Source: a virus
DNA length: 64,000 nucleotides
Virus record (IMG/VR): IMGVR_UViG_3300044974_000806
Strand: one strand, 5' to 3'
Part shown: positions 56,753 to 64,000 of the stretch, piece after piece
Layout of the letters: each line of letters starts with the position of its first letter
How positions within the stretch are numbered: position 1 is the stretch's first letter
Notes under the pieces: generated by a model
Database searches by the model: none
What the model was told of the DNA's origin: nothing
The model's input: only the letters and a program-made list of their open reading frames with translations
Made by a program: the position numbers and the translations under genes

Positions 56753-57661
56753 ATGAAATACGAGATACCTGAAGAGCGTTTATTGGGACTTATAGACAAA
56801 TACATGGAAATTACTTATCCCAATTCTGTTAAAGTTCAACTTGCACCTCCTGGTGGAAACGTCAGTATAACTTCATTGTTTAAGAATTTAGAAGATGCTG
56901 AGAACGGAACCGCAGATGAACATGACGTTCTTATTCACAAGATGGATGCTTACGGTATGTCCAATATCAATATCAACAAAGAGTTTGCAATTTCGGTTAA
57001 AGCCATGTTTGGTGGTATCAAAAACGTTAAAGGTTTATTAGAGAAATGGTTTGATAACAAACCTATAGACGTGGACCTTTTGGGTTCTAACAAACAAGAA
57101 CAGAACGAGGGGGAGATAACCGAAAGATGTTGGAAAGGATATACTCAAAAAGGAATGAAGACAATGTTTGGTAAAAGATATCCAAACTGTGTTAAGATAA
57201 AGAAGAAGAGTGTAAATGAATCCAAGATGATGGATTATTTAAAACAATTTTTATCAGGGGAATTTCTCGACAAATATAAAGAAGAAAAAGGGAGAAAAGA
57301 GTTCCAAAGGATGGTTGACATGGTATACAAAATAACCGCCAAAAATAATCCAATAGAAGGAATGGTCGGGGTTCTTGTTGGTAACATTGATAAAAGCATG
57401 TGGGGACAAAGTTTCAATGACCCAAATAGTGTTGGTGCAAGATGGGATTTTACTGTGATTCTTAGACCATTATTTACAAATTACAATCCAAATAACGAAA
57501 GTGACTATGGTGAAAGAGTGCTGAATTTTGAAAAAGAGTTTAATGAAAATGCAAGGGGAATGGGATTTGAACTTATATCACCAATACAACATGAAAGAGT
57601 AAAAAGTTATAGGGTTAAATTTGAATGGTCTTCCCGTTTGGATGTTAATCCTATTGATTAA
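56753..57661 (+). CDS. Hypothetical protein.
   Basis: 302 aa. It is followed by a terminator. Confidence 0.45.
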   Translation: MKYEIPEERLLGLIDKYMEITYPNSVKVQLAPPGGNVSITSLFKNLEDAENGTADEHDVLIHKMDAYGMSNININKEFAISVKAMFGGIKNVKGLLEKWFDNKPIDVDLLGSNKQEQNEGEITERCWKGYTQKGMKTMFGKRYPNCVKIKKKSVNESKMMDYLKQFLSGEFLDKYKEEKGRKEFQRMVDMVYKITAKNNPIEGMVGVLVGNIDKSMWGQSFNDPNSVGARWDFTVILRPLFTNYNPNNESDYGERVLNFEKEFNENARGMGFELISPIQHERVKSYRVKFEWSSRLDVNPID

Positions 57662-57664
57662 ATA

Positions 57665-57692
57665 AACCCTCACTTAACGGTGGGGGTTTTAT
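57665..57692 (+). terminator. Rho-independent terminator of the CCCTCAC family.
   Basis: CCCTCAC-ttaacg-GTGGGGG followed by TTTT. Confidence 0.55.
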
Positions 57693-57740
57693 ATTTATAA
57701 TAAAACAAATTATAATAAATCAAAAAAATAAAGAATAATT

Positions 57741-58118
57741 ATGTGGAACGTAAACGTAACAATTAAGAATAATACCGATTATACAATTACTACGGTAAAT
57801 AACTATTCACCTCAAGAGGTGATACAACCTGACGGTGGTGAATTCAGTTGGAACACAACTGAACCAAACAATTCAACATCAATTAGATTTTGGAAAGTAC
57901 CTAGTCAATGGTACATGCAGGGTGGAGTAAGTTTTGGACCTGAAGCGGGTGTTTATGTTGACAGAGGATGGATGGCAGACAATGACCAAACAATCTCTAT
58001 GACGGCAGTTGCGAATGGTAAGTCATGGACTCAAACGGCAAACGGTGGTGAAACATTATTGGCGTGGAATGAATTTGAATCAGGTGGTGACATATCACTA
58101 ACCTTCGACAAACAATAA
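57741..58118 (+). CDS. Hypothetical protein. A single-gene unit bracketed by two related terminators.
   Basis: 125 aa, Trp/Asn/Thr-rich. It could be a beta-rich virion or decoration protein. Confidence 0.45.
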   Translation: MWNVNVTIKNNTDYTITTVNNYSPQEVIQPDGGEFSWNTTEPNNSTSIRFWKVPSQWYMQGGVSFGPEAGVYVDRGWMADNDQTISMTAVANGKSWTQTANGGETLLAWNEFESGGDISLTFDKQ

Positions 58119-58123
58119 ATTAG

Positions 58124-58152
58124 AACCCTCACATAACGGTGAGGGTTTTTTA
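58124..58152 (+). terminator. Rho-independent terminator of the CCCTCAC family.
   Basis: AACCCTCAC-ataacg-GTGAGGGTT followed by TTTTT. Confidence 0.6.
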
Positions 58153-58189
58153 TTGATTAAATCTTATTCATTTTTTATATTTAAAAAAC

Positions 58190-59158
58190 ATGAAAGATTT
58201 GATTTTTATTACTGCATATTGCCCAACAACTGAACAGGTTGAGAGATTGGAAAAATGTCTTGATTCTGTTATTAAAACAGGACACCATATTTTACTAATA
58301 TCACATACTCATATTCCAATTCACATTCAACAAAAATGTCAGTATTACTTTTATGATTATCTAAACGAAACCTCAGATGATTATAATTTATTTGGGTTTA
58401 ATAATTATACCTCAAATGATTTTATTATTCAATCAAAGTTTTTTCAAAAGAGTTTTTATGGGTTCGCAATTTATAGAATGTTCTCAATTGCTAGTCAAAT
58501 TGCAATAAACTTCGGATATAAAAAATTACATCATATAGAATACGATTGTGAATTATTAGACAAAACTATAATTGATGAAAATAGTTCACTTTTAGAAAGT
58601 TATGATTCAGTATTATATACTAATGATGGAACTCCTGATGGATTTCTTTTTGGTTCATTAAAATCTTTCAAAGTTGATTCTTTACCTGAATTTTTCAAAA
58701 CTTATAACAAAGATTTTATTGAGAATGAAATGAAAAAGATTGAACCAACTCATTTAGAGTTTTTAACGAAAAAACTTTTCATAAATTCAGGTAATGTTTT
58801 ATTTAAGAATGACAACGATTTATGTAAACAAGGATTCAGTAAAGGTCCCAAATTTTATGCCATAGGAGTACACTATACTTTATATTACAACCCGATTAAT
58901 AATATGATAAACATTTTTTATCTGTCTATGAAATCACATGAAGAAAATATTGTAATTATAGTGAATCATGATAAAATTGTTCGATTCAAAGCATTACCAA
59001 ACCAATGGCATATTCAAAGATTGGGACTACTTGACGAAGTATATAATGTTAGAATAGACAACTCAAAACAATGTTTATATGAAAAATCTTTCGATGAAGA
59101 ATTCAAAAAAGTGTTCATAAATAAATCTTACATCACTTATTATGAAAAAAATAATTAA
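58190..59158 (+). CDS. Hypothetical protein in the glycan cluster.
   Basis: 322 aa with no clear motif. Confidence 0.45.
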   Translation: MKDLIFITAYCPTTEQVERLEKCLDSVIKTGHHILLISHTHIPIHIQQKCQYYFYDYLNETSDDYNLFGFNNYTSNDFIIQSKFFQKSFYGFAIYRMFSIASQIAINFGYKKLHHIEYDCELLDKTIIDENSSLLESYDSVLYTNDGTPDGFLFGSLKSFKVDSLPEFFKTYNKDFIENEMKKIEPTHLEFLTKKLFINSGNVLFKNDNDLCKQGFSKGPKFYAIGVHYTLYYNPINNMINIFYLSMKSHEENIVIIVNHDKIVRFKALPNQWHIQRLGLLDEVYNVRIDNSKQCLYEKSFDEEFKKVFINKSYITYYEKNN

Positions 59159-59966
59159 TTTCACACCTACGGGAACACAAACCACAAGGGACAATTCTTT
59201 AGCTCCATTATTGCCAAGTGAAATAATTGAGGAAGTTCATCAAGCAAATGAATTGGGAATTTCAATTGTGCACTTACATGCGAGAGATGAAGATACAAAT
59301 AACACTTACAAGAAAGAAGTATATCAAAAGATTATAGAAGGGATAAAGAAACATTGTCCTGAACTATTAATTTGTGTTTCGTTGACGGGAAGAAACTTTC
59401 CTGAATTAGAACAAAGGTCAGAGGTATTGCAATTATTACCTGACATGGGTTCATTAACAATGTCATCATTAAACTTCCCATCAGGGACATCAATTAACCA
59501 ACCTGATATGATACTATCTTTAATCAAAGAGATGGATAAGTATGGGGTCCAACCTGAGATAGAATGTTTTGACGCAGGCATGTTAAACTACACAAATTAC
59601 ATTATTTCAAAGAACATATTGAAACCACCATATCACATCAATGTTATATTAGGAAACATATACAATGGTCAATGTGATTTCGGAACTTTGGCAACAATCA
59701 AATCAAACCTACCAACAAATTCATTTACTTGTTTAGGTGGAATAGGTTCCCAACAGATAAAGAGTACCACGTATGGGTTATTAGATTTTGATGGAGTTAG
59801 AATCGGGCTTGAGGATAATCTATATTACAAAGATAAGGAAAAGACAACAAACATAAAATTATTAAAACGAGTACATAGAATAATGGATGAATTAGATATG
59901 ACTCAATATACATCAGACGAATTAAGACAAAAAGGGTATGGGAACAAAATTATTAATAATAGGTAA
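59142..59966 (+). CDS. BKACE-family (DUF849) beta-keto acid cleavage enzyme-like protein.
   Basis: INFTPTGTQTT...PLLPSEIIEEVHQANELGISIVHLHARDEDT...VSLTGRN matches the DUF849 N-terminal pattern (INF.PTG, IVHLHARD, GGR). Confidence 0.6.
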   Translation: MKKIINFTPTGTQTTRDNSLAPLLPSEIIEEVHQANELGISIVHLHARDEDTNNTYKKEVYQKIIEGIKKHCPELLICVSLTGRNFPELEQRSEVLQLLPDMGSLTMSSLNFPSGTSINQPDMILSLIKEMDKYGVQPEIECFDAGMLNYTNYIISKNILKPPYHINVILGNIYNGQCDFGTLATIKSNLPTNSFTCLGGIGSQQIKSTTYGLLDFDGVRIGLEDNLYYKDKEKTTNIKLLKRVHRIMDELDMTQYTSDELRQKGYGNKIINNR

Positions 59967-60579
59967 GGGGGATAATATTATAACCATGGTTTTGGATAAT
60001 CTATATTCCAATAACATCAAACCCAAAGTTACGGTTTATAATAATCTTAATCTACCAATACTTAATTCATTCCAACATGATGATTTCAAAATAGAAATTC
60101 TACCTGAGGTTGACATGAATGAATTTGATGTGTGTGTTCTTGGTGTTTACAAACCAAAGTTAAAGACTAAGATAATTAAAGAATTTGGACTAACCACAGA
60201 TAAATTTATCAATGTAATACACGACGGGTTAGACATTTCTAAAATGAGTACAATCGGAAACGGTTTATTAATTAATTCAAAAGTTTCAATTGCTGCACAT
60301 ACAACAATAGGAAATTTTGTAACAATCAACAGACATGTTTCTATAGGTCATCACACAGTTATTGGTGACTATTGTTCTATTAATCCTGGTACAAACATTG
60401 CTGGCAATGTAAGGATAGGTGAAGGAACAACAATAGGTATGGGGGTAAATATAATAGACGGTATAAAGATAGGGAAAAATACCATAATAGGTGCGGGTTC
60501 TGTAGTAACGAAGGACATTCCTGATAATGTTATTGCTTACGGTTCACCTTGTAAAATAATTAGAGACAATGAAGCATAA
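59938..60579 (+). CDS. Left-handed beta-helix (hexapeptide-repeat) sugar acyltransferase, NeuD/PglD-like.
   Basis: N-terminal Rossmann-like LLIIGKGDNIITMVLD, then hexapeptide repeats (IGNFVTINRHVSIGHHTVIGDYCSINPGTNIAGNVRIGEGTTIGMGVNI). Confidence 0.7.
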   Translation: MGTKLLIIGKGDNIITMVLDNLYSNNIKPKVTVYNNLNLPILNSFQHDDFKIEILPEVDMNEFDVCVLGVYKPKLKTKIIKEFGLTTDKFINVIHDGLDISKMSTIGNGLLINSKVSIAAHTTIGNFVTINRHVSIGHHTVIGDYCSINPGTNIAGNVRIGEGTTIGMGVNIIDGIKIGKNTIIGAGSVVTKDIPDNVIAYGSPCKIIRDNEA

Positions 60580-61165
60580 TCCATATAAAATAGTGGAGAT
60601 GTTCGAAGAGGAGATTGCCGAATATACGGGAGCATCATATGCAGTTGCATTAGACAACTGTACTGACGCATTGTTCTTATGTTGTACCTACTTAAAGGTG
60701 GAAGATGTTACGATACCTAAGAAAACTTATTTGTCGGTTCCACAAGCGGTAATGGCGTCAGGAGGCAAAGTATCATTTGACGACACGGAATGGAAAGGAC
60801 TATACCAATTAAAACCATATCCGATATACGATTCGGCAAGAAGATTTACTTCAGGGATGTATATTCCAAATACATTTATGTGTCTATCGTTCCATCCCAA
60901 AAAGATATTAAAGATGAGAAAAGGCGGAATGATTCTAACTGATGACAAAGATGCTTATTCTTGGTTTAAGAAAGCAAGACACGAAGGTAGAGATGAAATT
61001 CCATACACGCAAGACAACATTAAATTCATGGGGTGGAACATGTACATGACACCACCTGACGCTGCTGAAGGGCTATGGATGATGACATCTATGCCGAAAC
61101 ACAATGAAGATACAATAGAAGATTATCCTGACTTAAGGAGAAACGATTTATATAAGGATATGTAA
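60569..61165 (+). CDS. DegT/DnrJ/EryC1-like aminotransferase fragment. Only about half the normal length.
   Basis: MFEEEIAEYTGASYAVALDNCTDALFLCCTYL...VTIPKKTYLSVPQAVMASGGKVSFDD resembles the DegT N-terminal region, but the ORF is only 198 aa. Confidence 0.4.
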   Translation: MKHNPYKIVEMFEEEIAEYTGASYAVALDNCTDALFLCCTYLKVEDVTIPKKTYLSVPQAVMASGGKVSFDDTEWKGLYQLKPYPIYDSARRFTSGMYIPNTFMCLSFHPKKILKMRKGGMILTDDKDAYSWFKKARHEGRDEIPYTQDNIKFMGWNMYMTPPDAAEGLWMMTSMPKHNEDTIEDYPDLRRNDLYKDM

Positions 61166-61209
61166 AAAGGGGTAGGGGATAAAACGCCAGCCGAACAACG
61201 ACATATTAA

Positions 61210-61515
61210 TTATTCGGTATACTCTACCTCTACATTAAATCTATTTTCAAACCATTTAGTCATGAACGGGATTATATCAAGGACACTCATCGCAAACAAA
61301 TCACTCATAAATTTTTTAAATTGATTATTAATCCACAATCTGCCGTCAGTATTGTCAAACTCCATAATATCATTCCAAGTATCATCTTCATTCTGAATAT
61401 TATCTGAAATAATTATAAAAGGGTTAGAGTTAGATACAATCTTATCTTTTATCATAGAGTCAAGATACTCGGACATGAAGTTATTTAATCTGCTTTCGGT
61501 GATGATATATTTCAT
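61210..61515 (-). CDS. Small hypothetical protein with an MKYIITE N-terminus. It has a paralog.
   Basis: It shares MKYIITE(S/E) and a Trp/Asp-rich composition with the adjacent gene. Confidence 0.4.
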   Translation of the reverse strand: MKYIITESRLNNFMSEYLDSMIKDKIVSNSNPFIIISDNIQNEDDTWNDIMEFDNTDGRLWINNQFKKFMSDLFAMSVLDIIPFMTKWFENRFNVEVEYTE

Positions 61516-61542
61516 ATTACTATAATTACAATGGGTCGGGGA

Positions 61543-61863
61543 TTAGCACTTCTCCCGACCTTTAAAATAAAACTCGGTACACTCAACATAGAACAAATCA
61601 CTTAATATGTCATACATCATATCGTATTCCAAATGACTAAAATTCTCGTCATCATAAAAGTAGGGGTGGAGACAATCCATGAATACAGAGAAGAACTTCT
61701 TTTCAAACTTTTCATAATCGTCTATTCTACATATATCAAACTCCATAAGGTCATAAGTTTCTCTCAATGATACTTTAACCAAATCATATCTCCTCCTAAT
61801 CCAAAAGAGTATAGTTTTATTAACCACTCTATCGTATTGTTCTTCTGTGATAATGTATTTCAT
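61543..61863 (-). CDS. Small hypothetical protein with an MKYIITE N-terminus. It has a paralog.
   Basis: Tandem paralog of 61210..61515. Confidence 0.4.
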   Translation of the reverse strand: MKYIITEEQYDRVVNKTILFWIRRRYDLVKVSLRETYDLMEFDICRIDDYEKFEKKFFSVFMDCLHPYFYDDENFSHLEYDMMYDILSDLFYVECTEFYFKGREKC

Positions 61864-61872
61864 ATAACAAAA

Positions 61873-62139
61873 TTAAGCGAAGCTGACATCAACATAGTCA
61901 CGACCATTTATTTGTTTTTCATTCAAAGAAGCCATTTTAAATAATGTTTCTATTTCCTCGCTAATCTTTTTTTCAATAGAATATTCGGTGCTATTGGTTA
62001 ATAATAAAACACCGTAACGTCTCATACCTCTAAAGAAATCAGATGAGATGATTACATCTGTTATTTCAGGATATTTTGGCATGACGATGGTCTCAATCAT
62101 TCTTCTAAGAATATCCTCTTTTTCTTTATAGTGATTCAT
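61873..62139 (-). CDS. Hypothetical small protein.
   Basis: 88 aa. Confidence 0.35.
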   Translation of the reverse strand: MNHYKEKEDILRRMIETIVMPKYPEITDVIISSDFFRGMRRYGVLLLTNSTEYSIEKKISEEIETLFKMASLNEKQINGRDYVDVSFA

Positions 62140-62155
62140 GATAATAAATACTAGG

Positions 62156-63013
62156 TTATAATATCTTTTTACCTTTCTTCATATTATCTACTCCCCATAA
62201 TGGTTGCAAGTTTGTATAATGATTTAGTGATACCGCCTCATCTTTAGTTTTCGCTGAGGACAAAGGAACAATGTGGTCTATATGCCATCCTCTAAAACCA
62301 TAGTTATCCCAAGACATTCCATCCACGAAGTTAGATTCTATATGTAGTTTTAATTCGGCGGGGGAACAACCAATCATATCCAAAGTCTTCTTACTTATCT
62401 TACGGTTCATATTCTTAATCCTAAGATAACTCTTCAATCTAGAACGTAAGTTAAGACACAGTTTAAACATATCATCATTTTCCCTTCTTTTCTTAAAATA
62501 GTTCCTCTGTCTTGTCATGACCTTTTCTTTATTCTTTCTGTTGTACTCCGTCTTTTTCAAATTCATGTGTGCAGCATTATCCATGTAGTACTTACTAACC
62601 ACAATCTTTCTACATGCCCTACAGGTTGTATTCAATCCATCCTTAGCTAGTTTATGTTTTCCAAAACATTCTTTATCTAATATTTCCTTACAGTCATAAC
62701 AGTACTTCTTATTCTGAGATTCAGCAAGAGCGTGGATTCTCTCCTCCTCTAATATAACATCCATAGAAACACCTCTCTTCCACGCCCTCTTCTTAAGGTT
62801 GTCTTCACGTCTCTCCTCTTTAGTTCTTCCGTTCTTCTTTATTTTATTATTCTCCTTAACCTTTTCATACCACTCAGGATTCTTCTCTCTATGTATTCTA
62901 CCTAACTCGGTGGAACATTTACTACAATAAGCCCTCACACCATTTCTATGCTTATGAAAGTTAGATATAGGTTTTTCTTCATTACACGTATTACACACTT
63001 TTGTCTCCATCAT
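62156..63013 (-). CDS. HNH endonuclease with N-terminal Cys-rich zinc-binding repeats. Possible homing endonuclease.
   Basis: C-terminal GWHIDHIVPLSSAKTKDEAVSLNHYTNLQPLWGVDNMKKGKK is the HNH motif (H-DH...N...N). The N-terminus has several CxxC pairs. Confidence 0.65.
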   Translation of the reverse strand: MMETKVCNTCNEEKPISNFHKHRNGVRAYCSKCSTELGRIHREKNPEWYEKVKENNKIKKNGRTKEERREDNLKKRAWKRGVSMDVILEEERIHALAESQNKKYCYDCKEILDKECFGKHKLAKDGLNTTCRACRKIVVSKYYMDNAAHMNLKKTEYNRKNKEKVMTRQRNYFKKRRENDDMFKLCLNLRSRLKSYLRIKNMNRKISKKTLDMIGCSPAELKLHIESNFVDGMSWDNYGFRGWHIDHIVPLSSAKTKDEAVSLNHYTNLQPLWGVDNMKKGKKIL

Positions 63014-63744
63014 TTACAAAAGTATTAATTTATATTTAGATTATCCAATCAATTCGTTCATTTCGGGACAAACACAATCCACTACACTATCGTTCCGTGG
63101 ATGTCCCTTCATTCACTCATTCATTGTATAATCCTTTTTTATTGTAACCCACGTTACGGTAATCTACATTACTATAATTCCCCCGCCTAAGTATGTTGTC
63201 CCCCACCTAATGAGAGGACATCGAATTACATGGTGTTTAGTAATCGTTAGTTAGATGATAAAAAAGAATATCGTGGATACCCACGATAAATAGGAATATC
63301 ATATATTGACACGATATTATAATTTTCACACGACAAGATATTATAGAAAACCTACGGTATAAATTAGATATCTTCTACTCGTCCCACTTTATCCCACCAT
63401 CTACGATATGTCCGTTGAAGGGGACTGTAATGGTCCATATGAGGGGTCATCTAAGATACCCTAATATTCGTTGAAGTCCTATTATAGGTCCCCTAAAGGG
63501 GACTCCCACGCCTTTATACTTACTAATCCTTTTTTTGCCAATATTCTTATGTAGTAAAAAACTGGTCCTCCTGATAGCGTCAGGGGGAAAAAAGTGGTCA
63601 TTTCACATATGTGGCACAGGAAACGGTGGTAAAAAGTGGGGGGAAATGTTATATAGTGTGGGGGTCAAAACCCGTCAAAGGGATTATCCCCCATGTAACG
63701 CTCCCCTGACATTTTGACAAATCCAAATTTTTTCCCCTAAAAAG

Positions 63745-63809
63745 TTATCCACAATAAAAAAGTTTTCCACATGCAGACCCCTACAGACATAATGTCATGC
63801 TGTGGATAA
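63745..63809. promoter_or_regulatory. Cluster of three DnaA-box-like 9-mers in an inverted-repeat arrangement. Possible replication origin or regulatory region.
   Basis: TTATCCACA (63745-63753), TTTTCCACA (63763-63771) and TGTGGATAA (63801-63809). The outer boxes form the 13 bp inverted repeat AAAGTTATCCACA / TGTGGATAACTTT. Confidence 0.35.
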
Positions 63810-64000
63810 CTTTATTTTTATATGTTCCGCATGTATACTTAATGGTACAGACAATTTACATATGTATACAATCGACACACTGACATATAAGATAGACCAA
63901 ATAGAGGAGGGGAGAATAAGAATCACAGTACACCTCAACGAAGAGGTGGAGTTAGGGGCACTGTATTTCGAGAAGGCCAAGAGGTCCTTCAATAGGAAAC

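Noticed and set aside
60569-61165. DegT-like ORF as a full aminotransferase.
   Set aside because: Only 198 aa were found, against a typical length of about 370. The PLP-Lys region was not identified. It is reported as a fragment or possible pseudogene rather than a functional enzyme.
63535-63992. ORFs 63535..63717(+) and 63795..63992(-) in the terminal non-coding region.
   Set aside because: They overlap repeat and DnaA-box sequence and have low-complexity, G/K-rich or hydrophobic-odd composition. They are more likely non-coding.

Overview
This 64 kb window is AT-rich (about 33% GC), densely coding, and has almost no recognisable host housekeeping genes. It reads as part of a large dsDNA tailed phage or prophage. 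The recurring promoter-like motif TAnnTTTG, usually TATCTTTG or TACCTTTG, matches the -7 element of Bacteroidetes sigma-A promoters, so the host is probably a Bacteroidota (Flavobacteriia-like) bacterium.

What the window contains, in order:
- 0-2.5 kb: a lysis cassette-like cluster with an Amidase_2 endolysin flanked by small membrane and coiled-coil proteins.
- 6-15 kb: DnaJ, a Dam methylase, thioredoxin and glutaredoxin, a DUF932 protein, and several hypothetical proteins.
- 16.1-22.8 kb: three tandem paralogous collagen-like (Gly-X-Y) fibre genes, each ending in a Peptidase_S74 intramolecular-chaperone domain. These look like tail fibres.
- 29.4-31.9 kb: an APS kinase, a prolyl-4-hydroxylase-like 2OG-Fe(II) oxygenase, an HxGH nucleotidyltransferase and an SPPY-type DNA methyltransferase.
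- 35.1-36.5 kb: a PduO-type corrinoid adenosyltransferase, a DUF192 protein and a NUDIX hydrolase.
- 36.6-38.2 kb: an RNA island with no plausible CDS. It holds four repeated promoter elements, a tRNA(CAT), several hairpin small-RNA candidates, and an approximately 850 nt GC-rich (about 50%) region that looks like a large structured ncRNA, possibly GOLLD- or ROOL-like.
- 38.2-46.1 kb: two DxD glycosyltransferase-like paralogs, an SPFH protein, a fused 2OG-oxygenase/sulfotransferase, a second unfused sulfotransferase plus oxygenase pair, and a CxxCxGxG zinc-finger protein.
- 48-61 kb: a glycan biosynthesis block with two GT2 enzymes, UDP-galactopyranose mutase, a cytidylyltransferase, a BKACE enzyme, a NeuD/PglD-like acyltransferase and a DegT-like fragment. 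A SAM decarboxylase sits just upstream.
- 62.2-63.0 kb: an HNH endonuclease.
- 63.0-64.0 kb: a non-coding region with a cluster of DnaA boxes and inverted repeats.

The most novel signal is an apparent phage-encoded hydroxylation and sulfation toolkit. Three P4H-like dioxygenases, two sulfotransferases and an APS kinase co-occur with collagen-like fibres that are rich in X-Pro-Gly triplets.
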